A stretch of DNA of 64,000 bases from Candidatus Dojkabacteria bacterium (GTDB lineage: Bacteria > Patescibacteriota > Dojkabacteria > J137), in assembly GCA_040006935.1 (NCBI GenBank), contig JBDTVZ010000003.1:66224-130223 (forward strand), read 5' to 3'. Below are positions 46,684 to 55,951 of this stretch, piece by piece; position 1 is the stretch's first letter; each line of letters starts with the position of its first letter. The translations under genes and the position numbers were made by a program. The notes under the pieces are model-generated. The model was not told the DNA's origin. It saw only the letters and a program-made list of their open reading frames with translations, and made no database searches.

Positions 46684-47478
46684 ATGACTTATTTTATCTG
46701 TAGAATTCCATTTGGAACTTCGGAATTAAAAATTAAAACCTTAAATGAAATTCCCGATTCTACCGCAGAGGAAATTTCATACTTTATAAATGCTTTTTAC
46801 AATGAGCTAAATCCTAATCTTGCAAATACTTCTGCATATAATTTTAATCATGGGCAAATAGGAATTCCTATTTTTTTGAAAAAAGAGTTTTTAGATTTTT
46901 TATCACAGCATCTGGAACTCGCAGCCGCTACTGAATTTGAATATCAACCTTTTAGTATCTTAGATCCTGATTTAGATTTGAATAGTAATTTGATAAGTGT
47001 AGATAAAAGATCACTTTCTGTAACGAAGAACGATGACATCTCTCTTGAAAGTCCAATAAATCGTAAACACTTTACGATAGATATTTTAAGTGACTTCTTA
47101 ATTAGAGAAAAAGCACTTTCTGATTTTTTAATTGTTTCCGACTCCGTATTCTTAGCCAGGGGAAAACATCCATGGGCTATTGATATTACAGACCATACAG
47201 TGCAGGATTTTACTTTAGAGATTAGAAACGAATCAGTTGTGATTGAACCAATGGAAGTGAAAACCATGAAAAATACTTTTGGTGTTATAGATGAAATCTC
47301 ACCAGTTCAGTATATTTTTATACAAGGCAAATATACAAATTTACCGAAGATAATAGGAACTATTGCGAAGAGAGAAAGGAGCTTAGGAGGTTTAAGTGAA
47401 GTTTCGAGAAAGTATGGAGTAACGATTCATGCTCTGGATAAAAATGATAAACTTACAACTTTTACACCCCGACATTAA
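46684..47478 (+). CDS. Highly divergent ApbE-like protein
   Basis: FGTSELKI, EFLDFL...ATEFEYQP, LARGKHPWAIDI, LEIRNESV parallel the ApbE layout. Confidence 0.5.
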   Translation: MTYFICRIPFGTSELKIKTLNEIPDSTAEEISYFINAFYNELNPNLANTSAYNFNHGQIGIPIFLKKEFLDFLSQHLELAAATEFEYQPFSILDPDLDLNSNLISVDKRSLSVTKNDDISLESPINRKHFTIDILSDFLIREKALSDFLIVSDSVFLARGKHPWAIDITDHTVQDFTLEIRNESVVIEPMEVKTMKNTFGVIDEISPVQYIFIQGKYTNLPKIIGTIAKRERSLGGLSEVSRKYGVTIHALDKNDKLTTFTPRH

Positions 47479-48662
47479 AAACTCAAATTCGGTTCTCTAT
47501 CAATCTCACCAAATTCTTTTGGATCAAGATAAACTTCCTTATTATTTTTCATTCTTAACTCGTCATTCGTAATTATATTTGCAACGATTCCAATCATCGC
47601 TGCATTATCCCCAGTTAGCTTATTTGAATATGGAAACCTAAGTTTAATATTTTTATTTAAAGATTTCCTAATTAGTGACCTCAATTGCGTACTTGCAACA
47701 ACTCCCCCCCCTAGCCAAATTTCTTTAGGATTATAAATCTTGACAGCTTTCTCTAGCTTAAGAACAACTTGCATTAAAGCTGCATGTTCAAAAACTACAC
47801 ATAAATCTTTAATCGTTTCTGAGTTTAAATTACTTTCTCCAAATTTTGAAATGAAATCTCTGAAGGCTGTTTTTAAACCAGAATAACTAAAGTTTAAATC
47901 ACCAGAATGTTGCATGGGAATTGGAAGGTTATATTCTTTTTGTGAATGAATATTTACACCTTTTACAATTACGCTCTGATTTTTATTAATAATTTCTAAT
48001 TTAATATTTTTTCTATTCTCTTTAGCAAATTTTGAAATTGTTGGACCTGCTGGATAACCAAGGCCTAAAAACCTTCCACATTTATCAAAGCATTCACCAC
48101 AAGCATCGTCTACAGTTTCTCCAATTTTTTTATACTTTCCAAAATCTTCTACAAGAATAAATTCAGTATGACCTCCAGAAACAAGAACACCAATTGCTGG
48201 GAATTGAGGTATTACTGCCCTCTCCTTTAGGAGAGGAGGGACCGCTTGCGGTGGGTGAGGTAATTTAGAGTTTCTTTCTGCAAAAGCAGAAAGTAAATGT
48301 CCCTCCATATGGTTCACATTTACTAAAGGTTTACTATATTTCTCTGCAAGTTCTTTTGCTTTTTTAATTCCTACCTCTAACGCTATTGCTAATCCTGGAC
48401 CTTTTGTAACTGCTATTGAATCTATTTCTTCGATTGTTTTCCCAGATCTCTTTAATGCTTCAATTACAACTGAATCTATTCTTTCTTGATGAGCTAATTT
48501 TGCAATGGATGGAACTACTCCACCGTATTGTTTATGTAAATCAATTTGAGACGGTTGGAAGTTAGACAGAACTGTATTTCCTAGCAAAACTGCAACAGAA
48601 GTTTCGTCACAAGAAGTGTCGATGGCGAGGATCAAGTTTTGTTTTTCTGGTAGAATTTGCAT
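47475..48662 (-). CDS. tsaD: tRNA t6A synthase TsaD
   Basis: IDTSCDETS, GGVVP, GPGL, NHMEGH, VSGGHT, FSYSGLKT, DNAAMIG. Confidence 0.96.
   Translation of the reverse strand: MQILPEKQNLILAIDTSCDETSVAVLLGNTVLSNFQPSQIDLHKQYGGVVPSIAKLAHQERIDSVVIEALKRSGKTIEEIDSIAVTKGPGLAIALEVGIKKAKELAEKYSKPLVNVNHMEGHLLSAFAERNSKLPHPPQAVPPLLKERAVIPQFPAIGVLVSGGHTEFILVEDFGKYKKIGETVDDACGECFDKCGRFLGLGYPAGPTISKFAKENRKNIKLEIINKNQSVIVKGVNIHSQKEYNLPIPMQHSGDLNFSYSGLKTAFRDFISKFGESNLNSETIKDLCVVFEHAALMQVVLKLEKAVKIYNPKEIWLGGGVVASTQLRSLIRKSLNKNIKLRFPYSNKLTGDNAAMIGIVANIITNDELRMKNNKEVYLDPKEFGEIDREPNLSF
48218..48261 (-). repeat. REP-like double hairpin in frame in tsaD
   Basis: ACCTCACCCACCGCAAGCGGTCCCTCCTCTCCTAAAGGAGAGGG encoding PHPPQAVPPLLKER. 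Confidence 0.8.
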
Positions 48663-48681
48663 CCCTGATTATACCATGCAG

Positions 48682-48742
48682 GAATGAAGAATTACGAATT
48701 ACAAGCTAAGAATATTCATTCGTCATTCATAACTTGTAATTT
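48682..48742. repeat. 7-mer inverted array upstream of tsaD
   Basis: ATGAAGA ATTACGA ATTACAA GCTAAGA / TTCGTCA TTCATAA CTTGTAA. Confidence 0.75.
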
Positions 48743-48818
48743 GATTAACTGCCAAATGACAGATTGGGTAACATCTCCAAGCTCGAGCTGCCTAGAGAGT
48801 GTTATCGGTGGTATAGCT

Positions 48819-49061
48819 TTACCTTTTCTTCGCAGCCCCTGTAATAGACAAGAATATTAAAGCACCTACAGTTGAAGTTAATAAATATCCCCAATTACCG
48901 TAAGCTGAAAGACCTAATAAACTAAACACTAGCCAACCAACAAAACTTCCAATCATTCCAACTATTACGTTTCCTAAACATCCAAAACCTCTTCCACTCA
49001 AAATTAATCCTGCAAGCCAACCCGCTAACGCACCAATTGCCAACGTTATAAGAATTTCCAT
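48819..49061 (-). CDS. GlsB/YeaQ/YmgE (transglycosylase-associated) membrane protein
   Basis: IGALAGWLAG...GNVIVGMIGSFVG...TVGALIFL. Confidence 0.88.
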   Translation of the reverse strand: MEILITLAIGALAGWLAGLILSGRGFGCLGNVIVGMIGSFVGWLVFSLLGLSAYGNWGYLLTSTVGALIFLSITGAAKKR

Positions 49062-49078
49062 AAGAATTTAATTAATAA

Positions 49079-49678
49079 TTAATTTAAAAACCATTCATTA
49101 ACCTTTTCCCAATTTATTATATTCCACCAAGCTTCTATGTAATCTGGCCTTTTGTTTTGATATTTTAGGTAATAAGCATGTTCCCAAACGTCTAGTCCTA
49201 GTAACGGAGTCTGACCATTCATTACTGGAGAATCTTGATTTGGTGTACTAATAATTTCTAATTTCCCATCTTTTAAAACTAACCAGGCCCATCCACTTCC
49301 AAATCTTTTTGTAGCAGCGTCTGTGAATTTTGTTTTGAATTCATCAAAGCTTCCTAACTGCTCTGTTATCGCATCCTTAAGTTCTCCTACAGGTTCTTTT
49401 GAACTATTTGAACTTAAGCTCTCCCAAAACATTGTATGATTTGCATGACCTCCCCCATTGTTTATTACTGCTTGTTTTATATCTTCCGGAATTTTATCAA
49501 TTTCTTTCAATAAAGTTACAACATCTTTTGCTAATAAATCTTCGTGATCTTTTAAAGCTGCATTTAGATTTTCAATGTATTTTGCATGGTGTTTATCATG
49601 ATGAATAGTCATAGTCTTCTCATCAATAAATGGTTCGAGAGCGTTATATTCATAGGGTAGCGGAGGAAGTGTGTGCAT
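49079..49678 (-). CDS. sodA: Mn/Fe superoxide dismutase
   Basis: [34 protein letters not shown]. Confidence 0.96.
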   Translation of the reverse strand: MHTLPPLPYEYNALEPFIDEKTMTIHHDKHHAKYIENLNAALKDHEDLLAKDVVTLLKEIDKIPEDIKQAVINNGGGHANHTMFWESLSSNSSKEPVGELKDAITEQLGSFDEFKTKFTDAATKRFGSGWAWLVLKDGKLEIISTPNQDSPVMNGQTPLLGLDVWEHAYYLKYQNKRPDYIEAWWNIINWEKVNEWFLN

Positions 49679-49683
49679 ATATT

Positions 49684-49759
49684 AAAATTAAAAGTTAAAA
49701 TGTTTAAAAGTTGCAAAGTTACATAACGTTTAAACATTACAACGTTGTAACTTTTTAAC
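49684..49759. repeat. 8-bp periodic inverted array
   Basis: AAAGTTAA AATGTTTA AAAGTTGC AAAGTTAC / AACGTTTA AACATTAC AACGTTGT AACTTTTT. Confidence 0.8.
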
Positions 49760-49797
49760 AGTCAGATACATTATACACCTTACTCTACTGTCATAGT

Positions 49798-50667
49798 ATG
49801 AAACTTATAATTCAGGAAAAGAATTTCATGAACACGGTAATTACTATTAAAGTTGTGCAAAAAAAGCAAGCAACTGTAGCTATTTTAGATGCAATTGAAA
49901 ATGCTTTTGGGGAATTTGATCGAATTGTAAAGCAGTACACACGTTTTAACGAAGATAGCGAACTTTCTAATTTGAATAGAAATAGTGGGAGTTGGGTGAA
50001 AATTAATCAAGAATTTTTTGATTTAATTAAATACATGTTGAACCTTGCCGAAGAAACAGAAGGTTGCTTTGACCCTACTATAATAGATTTTTTAGAAACA
50101 TATGGATATGATAAAAATTATGACTTCTCAAAATTAGACAATCCTAAACTTGATGGCTTAGTTAAAAATATTGCAGATTCTAGAGCTTCTTTTAAAGATA
50201 TTGAACTTGATGAAAAAAATTTGAAAGTAAAATTAGTAAAAGGACAAAGAATCGATTTAGGTGGAGTTGGAAAAGGATATGCAATAGATTGTGCTTTTGA
50301 CCAGCTAAAAAATATTTGCCAAGATTTCCTGATTGATGCTGGTGGTGATATTAGAGCAACTGGTAAAAATGAAAAAGGTGAAATTTGGAAAGTTGCCTTA
50401 AAAAACAAAATCGATGATAAAGTTGGAGATATTGGATTTATAGAGTTAGATGATGAATCTGTCGCATCCAGTGGCTCGTGGGCAAGAAAAGTAAAACAAT
50501 TTCATCATTTAATAAACCCAAGGACTGGTCTACCAGAAAATAAATTTACTACTGTTTATGTGATTGCAAAAAAGGCAATCGATGCAGATGCATGGGGAAC
50601 TGCTTTATTCGTAGGGGGTGAGAAGTATATAAAAAAACATAAAGATTTAAGGTATCTCACTGTCTAA
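49798..50667 (+). CDS. apbE: FAD:protein FMN transferase
   Basis: MNT, FDPTI, IDLGGVGKGYAID, DAGGDI, ASSG, HHLINPRTG, ADAWGTA. Confidence 0.93.
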   Translation: MKLIIQEKNFMNTVITIKVVQKKQATVAILDAIENAFGEFDRIVKQYTRFNEDSELSNLNRNSGSWVKINQEFFDLIKYMLNLAEETEGCFDPTIIDFLETYGYDKNYDFSKLDNPKLDGLVKNIADSRASFKDIELDEKNLKVKLVKGQRIDLGGVGKGYAIDCAFDQLKNICQDFLIDAGGDIRATGKNEKGEIWKVALKNKIDDKVGDIGFIELDDESVASSGSWARKVKQFHHLINPRTGLPENKFTTVYVIAKKAIDADAWGTALFVGGEKYIKKHKDLRYLTV

Positions 50668-50680
50668 AATTTTTACTTGC

Positions 50681-51205
50681 CTAGGGCATAGCAAGATCTT
50701 CCGGAACTTCTTCCATTTTCTTAATCCTACTTTTAGAATTAAAGAAGAATATTGCTTCAATTGCCACAGCTGCAATTGGAACAAGAATTAATACATAATC
50801 CTCTACTCTATAAAGTCGCAAATACACTACTGCTCCAATAGAAATACACAACAACAAACCTCTTCTAGTGGCATTAAAAAGTGATGCTTTTTCGTAGAAA
50901 TTTTTAAAGAAAAGCTTATCCACGAACAAATGAATACTCGAGAAAAAACAGAATATTGATGCAAGAATACTTACAGCTAGAAGATACGCATTCGGAGAAA
51001 GATAACTCAAAATTAACCCTCTATCTATTAAGCTTTGTATTTCTGCATTAAGTTGTTTAGAATCATCTACGCCAATATTCTTTTCCTCTATTAATTTCTG
51101 AACCATGTCAAGATTTAATGGAGAAATATCAGGACTAACAATCATGTACCTAGCAATGAATGCAAAGAACACTCCGACAATAAAGAATACAAAAAAGTGC
51201 CTCAT
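50681..51205 (-). CDS. Membrane protein of unknown function
   Basis: Four TMs, ATRRG; start MRHFF assumed. Confidence 0.65.
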   Translation of the reverse strand: MRHFFVFFIVGVFFAFIARYMIVSPDISPLNLDMVQKLIEEKNIGVDDSKQLNAEIQSLIDRGLILSYLSPNAYLLAVSILASIFCFFSSIHLFVDKLFFKNFYEKASLFNATRRGLLLCISIGAVVYLRLYRVEDYVLILVPIAAVAIEAIFFFNSKSRIKKMEEVPEDLAMP

Positions 51206-51265
51206 GCTATGAATGTAAAAACAAAGCCAGTTTGCTATACTAAGTGAAACTATTACTAAAAATTT

Positions 51266-52069
51266 ATGAATCAATCAAACGGGCAAAATAATAATACAAG
51301 TTTTGCTGGTTCTAGTACAGCAAGCTCTTACCAAGATATAAAAGTAACTAGTTCTCCTCCATTACCTATGAATCAATCTAGTTTTCGACAATCAGAACCG
51401 CGAAGAAGAGAAAGCGACGATAGGCCAGGCTGCATCACAGCAGGTTGTGGGTGCAGAGCATTTGGATGCGGTATTTTTATTGTAATCGTACTATTTATTA
51501 TTGGTGCAGTATTTATTGTAGTAAATAAACCATCGGGAATTTGGGACTCGGTAGTTACATTCCTTAATGCTGGTGTTGCAATTCCGGAATATAATGGAAC
51601 AACCTCAGATAGTGCAAAAAATAAAATAAATGATCAAATTACAAAAGTTGGTGAGAATCAAATTACAATGGACCAAGACTCTTTTACTGCAATAGTGCGG
51701 GAAAGACTTCCGGATTTAAAAAACCCAGTTGTAGAAATAAAACCAGACATGATAAAAGTCTATTGGGAATTGGATCAAACAGTTCCAAGTAATCCACTTT
51801 ATGGTGAGATTGAAATAAAACTAGAAAATCAGAAACTAGCAATTAGCAAAGTAGGCGTTGAAAGAATCGGTACCCCTGCTTTCTTAAACGACTTTGTTTC
51901 TAATACAGCACTATCCTTGCTAGGTAATAAAAGCAGTGCACAGAAAGATAGTCCATATAGTTTGCTCTACAATTTCCTATCTCCAGACCAAAACATAACA
52001 ATTAAAAATGTAAGCTTGGAAAAAGGCCAAGCAATAATAACAATAGATATAAAAGCGAATTTATTCTAA
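51266..52069 (+). CDS. Single-TM exported protein
   Basis: Disordered N-terminus, Cys-rich GCGCRAFGCG before TM. Confidence 0.7.
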   Translation: MNQSNGQNNNTSFAGSSTASSYQDIKVTSSPPLPMNQSSFRQSEPRRRESDDRPGCITAGCGCRAFGCGIFIVIVLFIIGAVFIVVNKPSGIWDSVVTFLNAGVAIPEYNGTTSDSAKNKINDQITKVGENQITMDQDSFTAIVRERLPDLKNPVVEIKPDMIKVYWELDQTVPSNPLYGEIEIKLENQKLAISKVGVERIGTPAFLNDFVSNTALSLLGNKSSAQKDSPYSLLYNFLSPDQNITIKNVSLEKGQAIITIDIKANLF

Positions 52070-52992
52070 TGATAAGAATTTTTTCCGGAACGGATAGCTT
52101 CGAAAGTTATTCCCTTGCAAAAAAACAAGCAGAAAAGTTAGCAGCGGATAATAACGAAGAAATTAAAATCCTTAATGCTAATGAGATTGATAATCCCGCA
52201 GAATTTATTCAATACATAGAAGGCGTAGGGATGTTTTCTGGTGGCTATATTGTTTTTCTAAAAAGACTTTCCGGAAATAAAAAACTACTAGACTATTTTA
52301 GTGATAATTACGATAAATTAAAAATTTATAATATTATTTTATGGGAAGAATCAAAATTAGATGGAAGGCTTAAATTCTTTCTTAAATTAAAAAAAGATAA
52401 CGGCTCCTTTACTTTCGATTTACCTAATGACCGAGATTTAAAAGCTTGGTTAAACAAAGAAGCTAAAGACAAAGGAATTAAATTTTCAGACTTTCAACTT
52501 AATATTCTAATTGAAAACCTCGGAATAGATAAGTGGAGGTTAATTAATGAGTTAGAAAAAATATCAATCTACCTTTCCGCAGAACAAAAAGATTCTTTGG
52601 GAAATGATGAATTTAACAAAATAGTAGGTTTCGAAGTTTCTGGAGATATTTGGAAACTAGTCGATGCTTTTAGTAATAGAAGATCGAAAGAATGTTTAGA
52701 AGAATACTCTAAAATTTCGTCTTTTGAAGATAATGGACAGTATATTATTGCAATGATGGAAAGAGAATTATCTAATCTTGCTCTGCTTCATTTTGCGAAG
52801 AGAGAAGGCTTGCAGGATAATGAAATTGGTATGCACCCTTTTGTTTTACAGAAATTAAAAGCAAAGGTTAGAAATTTTAGCTTAATCGATATAAATAAAT
52901 ACCTTAAAAAGCTATTTGATTTAGATAGATCTATAAAAAATGGTGATATTGATGAAAAGGTTGGTTTGAGCTTGTATATACTCTCGCTTTGA
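52069..52992 (+). CDS. holA: DNA polymerase III delta subunit
   Basis: IFSGTD, GMFS, LINELEKI, IWKLVDA, HPFV, DRSIKNG. Confidence 0.88.
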   Translation: MIRIFSGTDSFESYSLAKKQAEKLAADNNEEIKILNANEIDNPAEFIQYIEGVGMFSGGYIVFLKRLSGNKKLLDYFSDNYDKLKIYNIILWEESKLDGRLKFFLKLKKDNGSFTFDLPNDRDLKAWLNKEAKDKGIKFSDFQLNILIENLGIDKWRLINELEKISIYLSAEQKDSLGNDEFNKIVGFEVSGDIWKLVDAFSNRRSKECLEEYSKISSFEDNGQYIIAMMERELSNLALLHFAKREGLQDNEIGMHPFVLQKLKAKVRNFSLIDINKYLKKLFDLDRSIKNGDIDEKVGLSLYILSL

Positions 52993-53040
52993 AGAATAAG
53001 CTGGACCGCCCACACCATGAATTACTTCCGGGGCGGTATG

Positions 53041-53077
53041 ACCTCTCCCTAACCCTCTCCTTAAAAGGAGAGGGAAT
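53041..53077 (+). repeat. REP-like hairpin (DUF559-flank family)
   Basis: ACCTCTCCCTAACCCTCTCCTTAAAAGGAGAGGGAA. Confidence 0.75.
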
Positions 53078-53119
53078 CGGACCCTTCGTTTTCTCAAACC
53101 TTTAGTGTACAATATACAT

Positions 53120-54328
53120 ATGAAGAAATCATTTATTTTCTTTACAACTTTAATTCTACTTTGTTCCTTTCTACAAACTAAGGTTTCTGCTCTAACCGTA
53201 ATTTCCAGAGACACTATTGGAATTGAGAAAGCAATTACAAAAGATGATTTAGCATTCAGTCTTCCTCAAGAAATTGTTGTTGCTCCAATTTTCCTTGGAG
53301 TAGAAAGCAGTAAAATCTCTCAAAAAGAGTGGGTGGAATCTCTTTATTACTACACTATACAAAAACTTGGCTTTACCGACTTACCATTTCATTACATAGT
53401 TTCAACTACAGGAGAAGTCTACCAGGGAAATTTGGGTGGCGATGAGAGAAAGGTAAATGTAGAAGGAATTGGTTCAAATGTAATTTTAATTGCATATTTA
53501 GCAAACGGAAAACAAAATACATTTGATTCTAAATCCGATGACTCATTACAGAATTTGTTACTCACTGTTGCGAATAAGAATTCGATTAAACCTGAAAATA
53601 TTGTAGCAAGTGGAGTTAAATTTATTAGAGATAAAGAAAACAAAACAATTCATATACAATCTAGCGAAATATTTGGTAACTGGGCAGCAAAATTAGAAGA
53701 CTATAAAGGATTTGTAGCAGCAAACTACTCTCCTCAACCAAAATCTTACACTGTAGAAGTTAGTAACCTTGCTCTTTCATCAGTAGAAGCACTACCCGGC
53801 GAAGAAGTTACAGGAACAATTACTGTAAAAAACACTGGGGACAATGGATTATATGGTGGAACGGATAATGAAATAGTTGCTACAAAAGCAGATGGGGGTT
53901 CGAGTCAATTCTTTATTAACAATGTATGGTTATCTAGAAGTCAATTTAGTTTAATGGCGGAAAATCAGAATATTCTTCCAAAACAAGAGACAGCTCTTAA
54001 CTTTAAAATTAAAGCTCCTCTTGCAAAAGGTGATATTGGTGAGGATTTTATTTTAAAAACTTTAGGTGGTGGAGATATTTCTGCTGCACCAATTACTTTA
54101 AAGTTAACACTAAAACCTTCCGATAAAAGAATTATTCAAATTCAAAATACTGAGCTTGGATATTTAAAAGTTAGGGGCGAACCTTCTACTTTAGGAGCGG
54201 AAATCGGCCAAGCAGCAAGCGGAGAAAGATATTTTGTAGTAGAAGATGCAGGGAATGGATATTTAAGAATAGATTTAGGAAATGGATCAACAGGTTGGGT
54301 TGCAGGATGGCTAGTTAATGATATTTAA
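53120..54328 (+). CDS. Secreted protein: amidase/PGRP-like + Ig-like + SH3 domains
   Basis: Signal peptide; GFTDLPFHYIVSTTGEVYQG; VKNTG; LKVRGEPS...GWVAG. Confidence 0.7.
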   Translation: MKKSFIFFTTLILLCSFLQTKVSALTVISRDTIGIEKAITKDDLAFSLPQEIVVAPIFLGVESSKISQKEWVESLYYYTIQKLGFTDLPFHYIVSTTGEVYQGNLGGDERKVNVEGIGSNVILIAYLANGKQNTFDSKSDDSLQNLLLTVANKNSIKPENIVASGVKFIRDKENKTIHIQSSEIFGNWAAKLEDYKGFVAANYSPQPKSYTVEVSNLALSSVEALPGEEVTGTITVKNTGDNGLYGGTDNEIVATKADGGSSQFFINNVWLSRSQFSLMAENQNILPKQETALNFKIKAPLAKGDIGEDFILKTLGGGDISAAPITLKLTLKPSDKRIIQIQNTELGYLKVRGEPSTLGAEIGQAASGERYFVVEDAGNGYLRIDLGNGSTGWVAGWLVNDI

Positions 54329-54345
54329 TTTTTTATAAATATTTT

Positions 54346-54827
54346 ATGCAAGCACAAGAAAAAGTAGTTGAAGATCTATCAATCCCTAATAAATTCTTTA
54401 GCGGAACAGGTCCTACATTTCAATATATAGATCGCTTCAAAACTGGTGATCACACTTTAACAATTGCTACAATACAGCAGACGAATGTAAGTACAGAGGC
54501 AAAGGACTATTTTAATGCTATTTTTGATGAAACCGTAACAAAATCAGTAAAAAGTTATCATTGGTTATAATTAGTAATAATTCTGTTAATCTATTTATAT
54601 CGAAAAATTCCGAAGGAGGTATAGGTTTGTACTTTTCACCTACTAGTGAACTAAGCTTTAATGAAAACAGATTAATAGATGACTTGGTTTCGGATAGGAT
54701 CTGCGAGAAAGTCACTGGCTATGTACCATTTATAACAAATGGTACTCCTGGTAATTATGAATATAATACAGCTTTATCAAATTTTAAAACTGCTACAGAT
54801 GGAAAGGTTTTTAAGTCGGCAGTATAA
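54346..54827 (+). pseudogene. Hypothetical gene split by a frameshift (or two small ORFs)
   Basis: ORFs 54346-54570 and 54561-54827; second frame open from 54531. Confidence 0.45.
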
Positions 54828-54944
54828 GAAATAAGCTCGAACAAAACTCCTAACCAAAATTAATTAATCACTAAATCGATTGTATCGGCACCACAAAGCT
54901 TTGCAGATGCAGTTTAATCTACTGGTTCAGGGTTTTTATAACTG

Positions 54945-54974
54945 AAGGAGTTCTTACTAAAAAGGGACTCCTTT
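54945..54974. terminator. Hairpin between convergent genes
   Basis: AAGGAGTTCT...AGGGACTCCTT. Confidence 0.55.
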
Positions 54975-55884
54975 AACGAAATCTAAAAAATACTTTGAGG
55001 ATGCTGTACCAAAATTTATTTATCACCAAATCAATTGTATCTTCATACTCAACTTCATCACCTCCAAACCCATCTTTAAATCTACTGTATCCGTCGGATT
55101 TATCTTTTTGAATTCCCATTAAATCTAACTTTTTGTATCCATGGTTTTGTCCAAATTTAATAACTTCCCAAACTAATAAATATATTGGCATTACTTTTTT
55201 GTGCAAGTCACTGGAACCTCCATATGGATAATATAAAGTATCTCCAAATCCTATTAAAAACCATGAGCCTAAAGGTATTTGTTGATAATATGCAGTTGCA
55301 ATGTAAGTAACTGGTTTCTGATGACTGACAACTGATGACTCATTTAATACTTCCCAAACTTTTTTTATATATTCAGAATCACGATCATTATACTCTTGTC
55401 TACTAACTGTCTCTTCATGCAATTTTAGGAATTCATTTAAAGCGTCTTCTGATTGCGAAATTTTTATTTCAACATTATTCTTTTTAGCAATTTTAAGATT
55501 ATATCTGTGCTTTTGCTTCATTGCTGCAAGTAACTCCTCTTCTCTTTTTTCAAGATTAATAATCACAGTTCGTTGAAGTTGAGTCGGTCTACCTTTATTA
55601 ATTTTGACTGTTGACTCATGACTGTTGACTTCAGTAATGCCTTCTCCATCAATTGTTTTAGCGTTATCAGGGTCAATGCTGACATAAACACAACCAGCTT
55701 CTTTTGCTTTGTTATAAATTTCTTGAAGGTTAACTTTGTTTAAATCTGCACGCGGAATATATCCAATGGATTTATTAATTAATGGAATAGGTGTAGTTTG
55801 AAACCAAGTTCCACCTGCATCGTAAACTTTATTGCCTAAAGCTTCTTTAACTTTTTTCCAGTAAATTGAATTTAAAAAATGCAT
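54973..55884 (-). CDS. FemABX/MurM-family peptidoglycan bridge aminoacyltransferase
   Basis: HFLNS..W, YIPR, MKQKHRYNL, YYPYGGSS, LDLMG, FKDGFGG. Confidence 0.9.
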   Translation of the reverse strand: MHFLNSIYWKKVKEALGNKVYDAGGTWFQTTPIPLINKSIGYIPRADLNKVNLQEIYNKAKEAGCVYVSIDPDNAKTIDGEGITEVNSHESTVKINKGRPTQLQRTVIINLEKREEELLAAMKQKHRYNLKIAKKNNVEIKISQSEDALNEFLKLHEETVSRQEYNDRDSEYIKKVWEVLNESSVVSHQKPVTYIATAYYQQIPLGSWFLIGFGDTLYYPYGGSSDLHKKVMPIYLLVWEVIKFGQNHGYKKLDLMGIQKDKSDGYSRFKDGFGGDEVEYEDTIDLVINKFWYSILKVFFRFR

Positions 55885-55951
55885 ACATTAGTTTGTTGAT
55901 AAACAAATTATAACGTAATAATATTAGGTTAGTAATTTTTATTTACATAAA

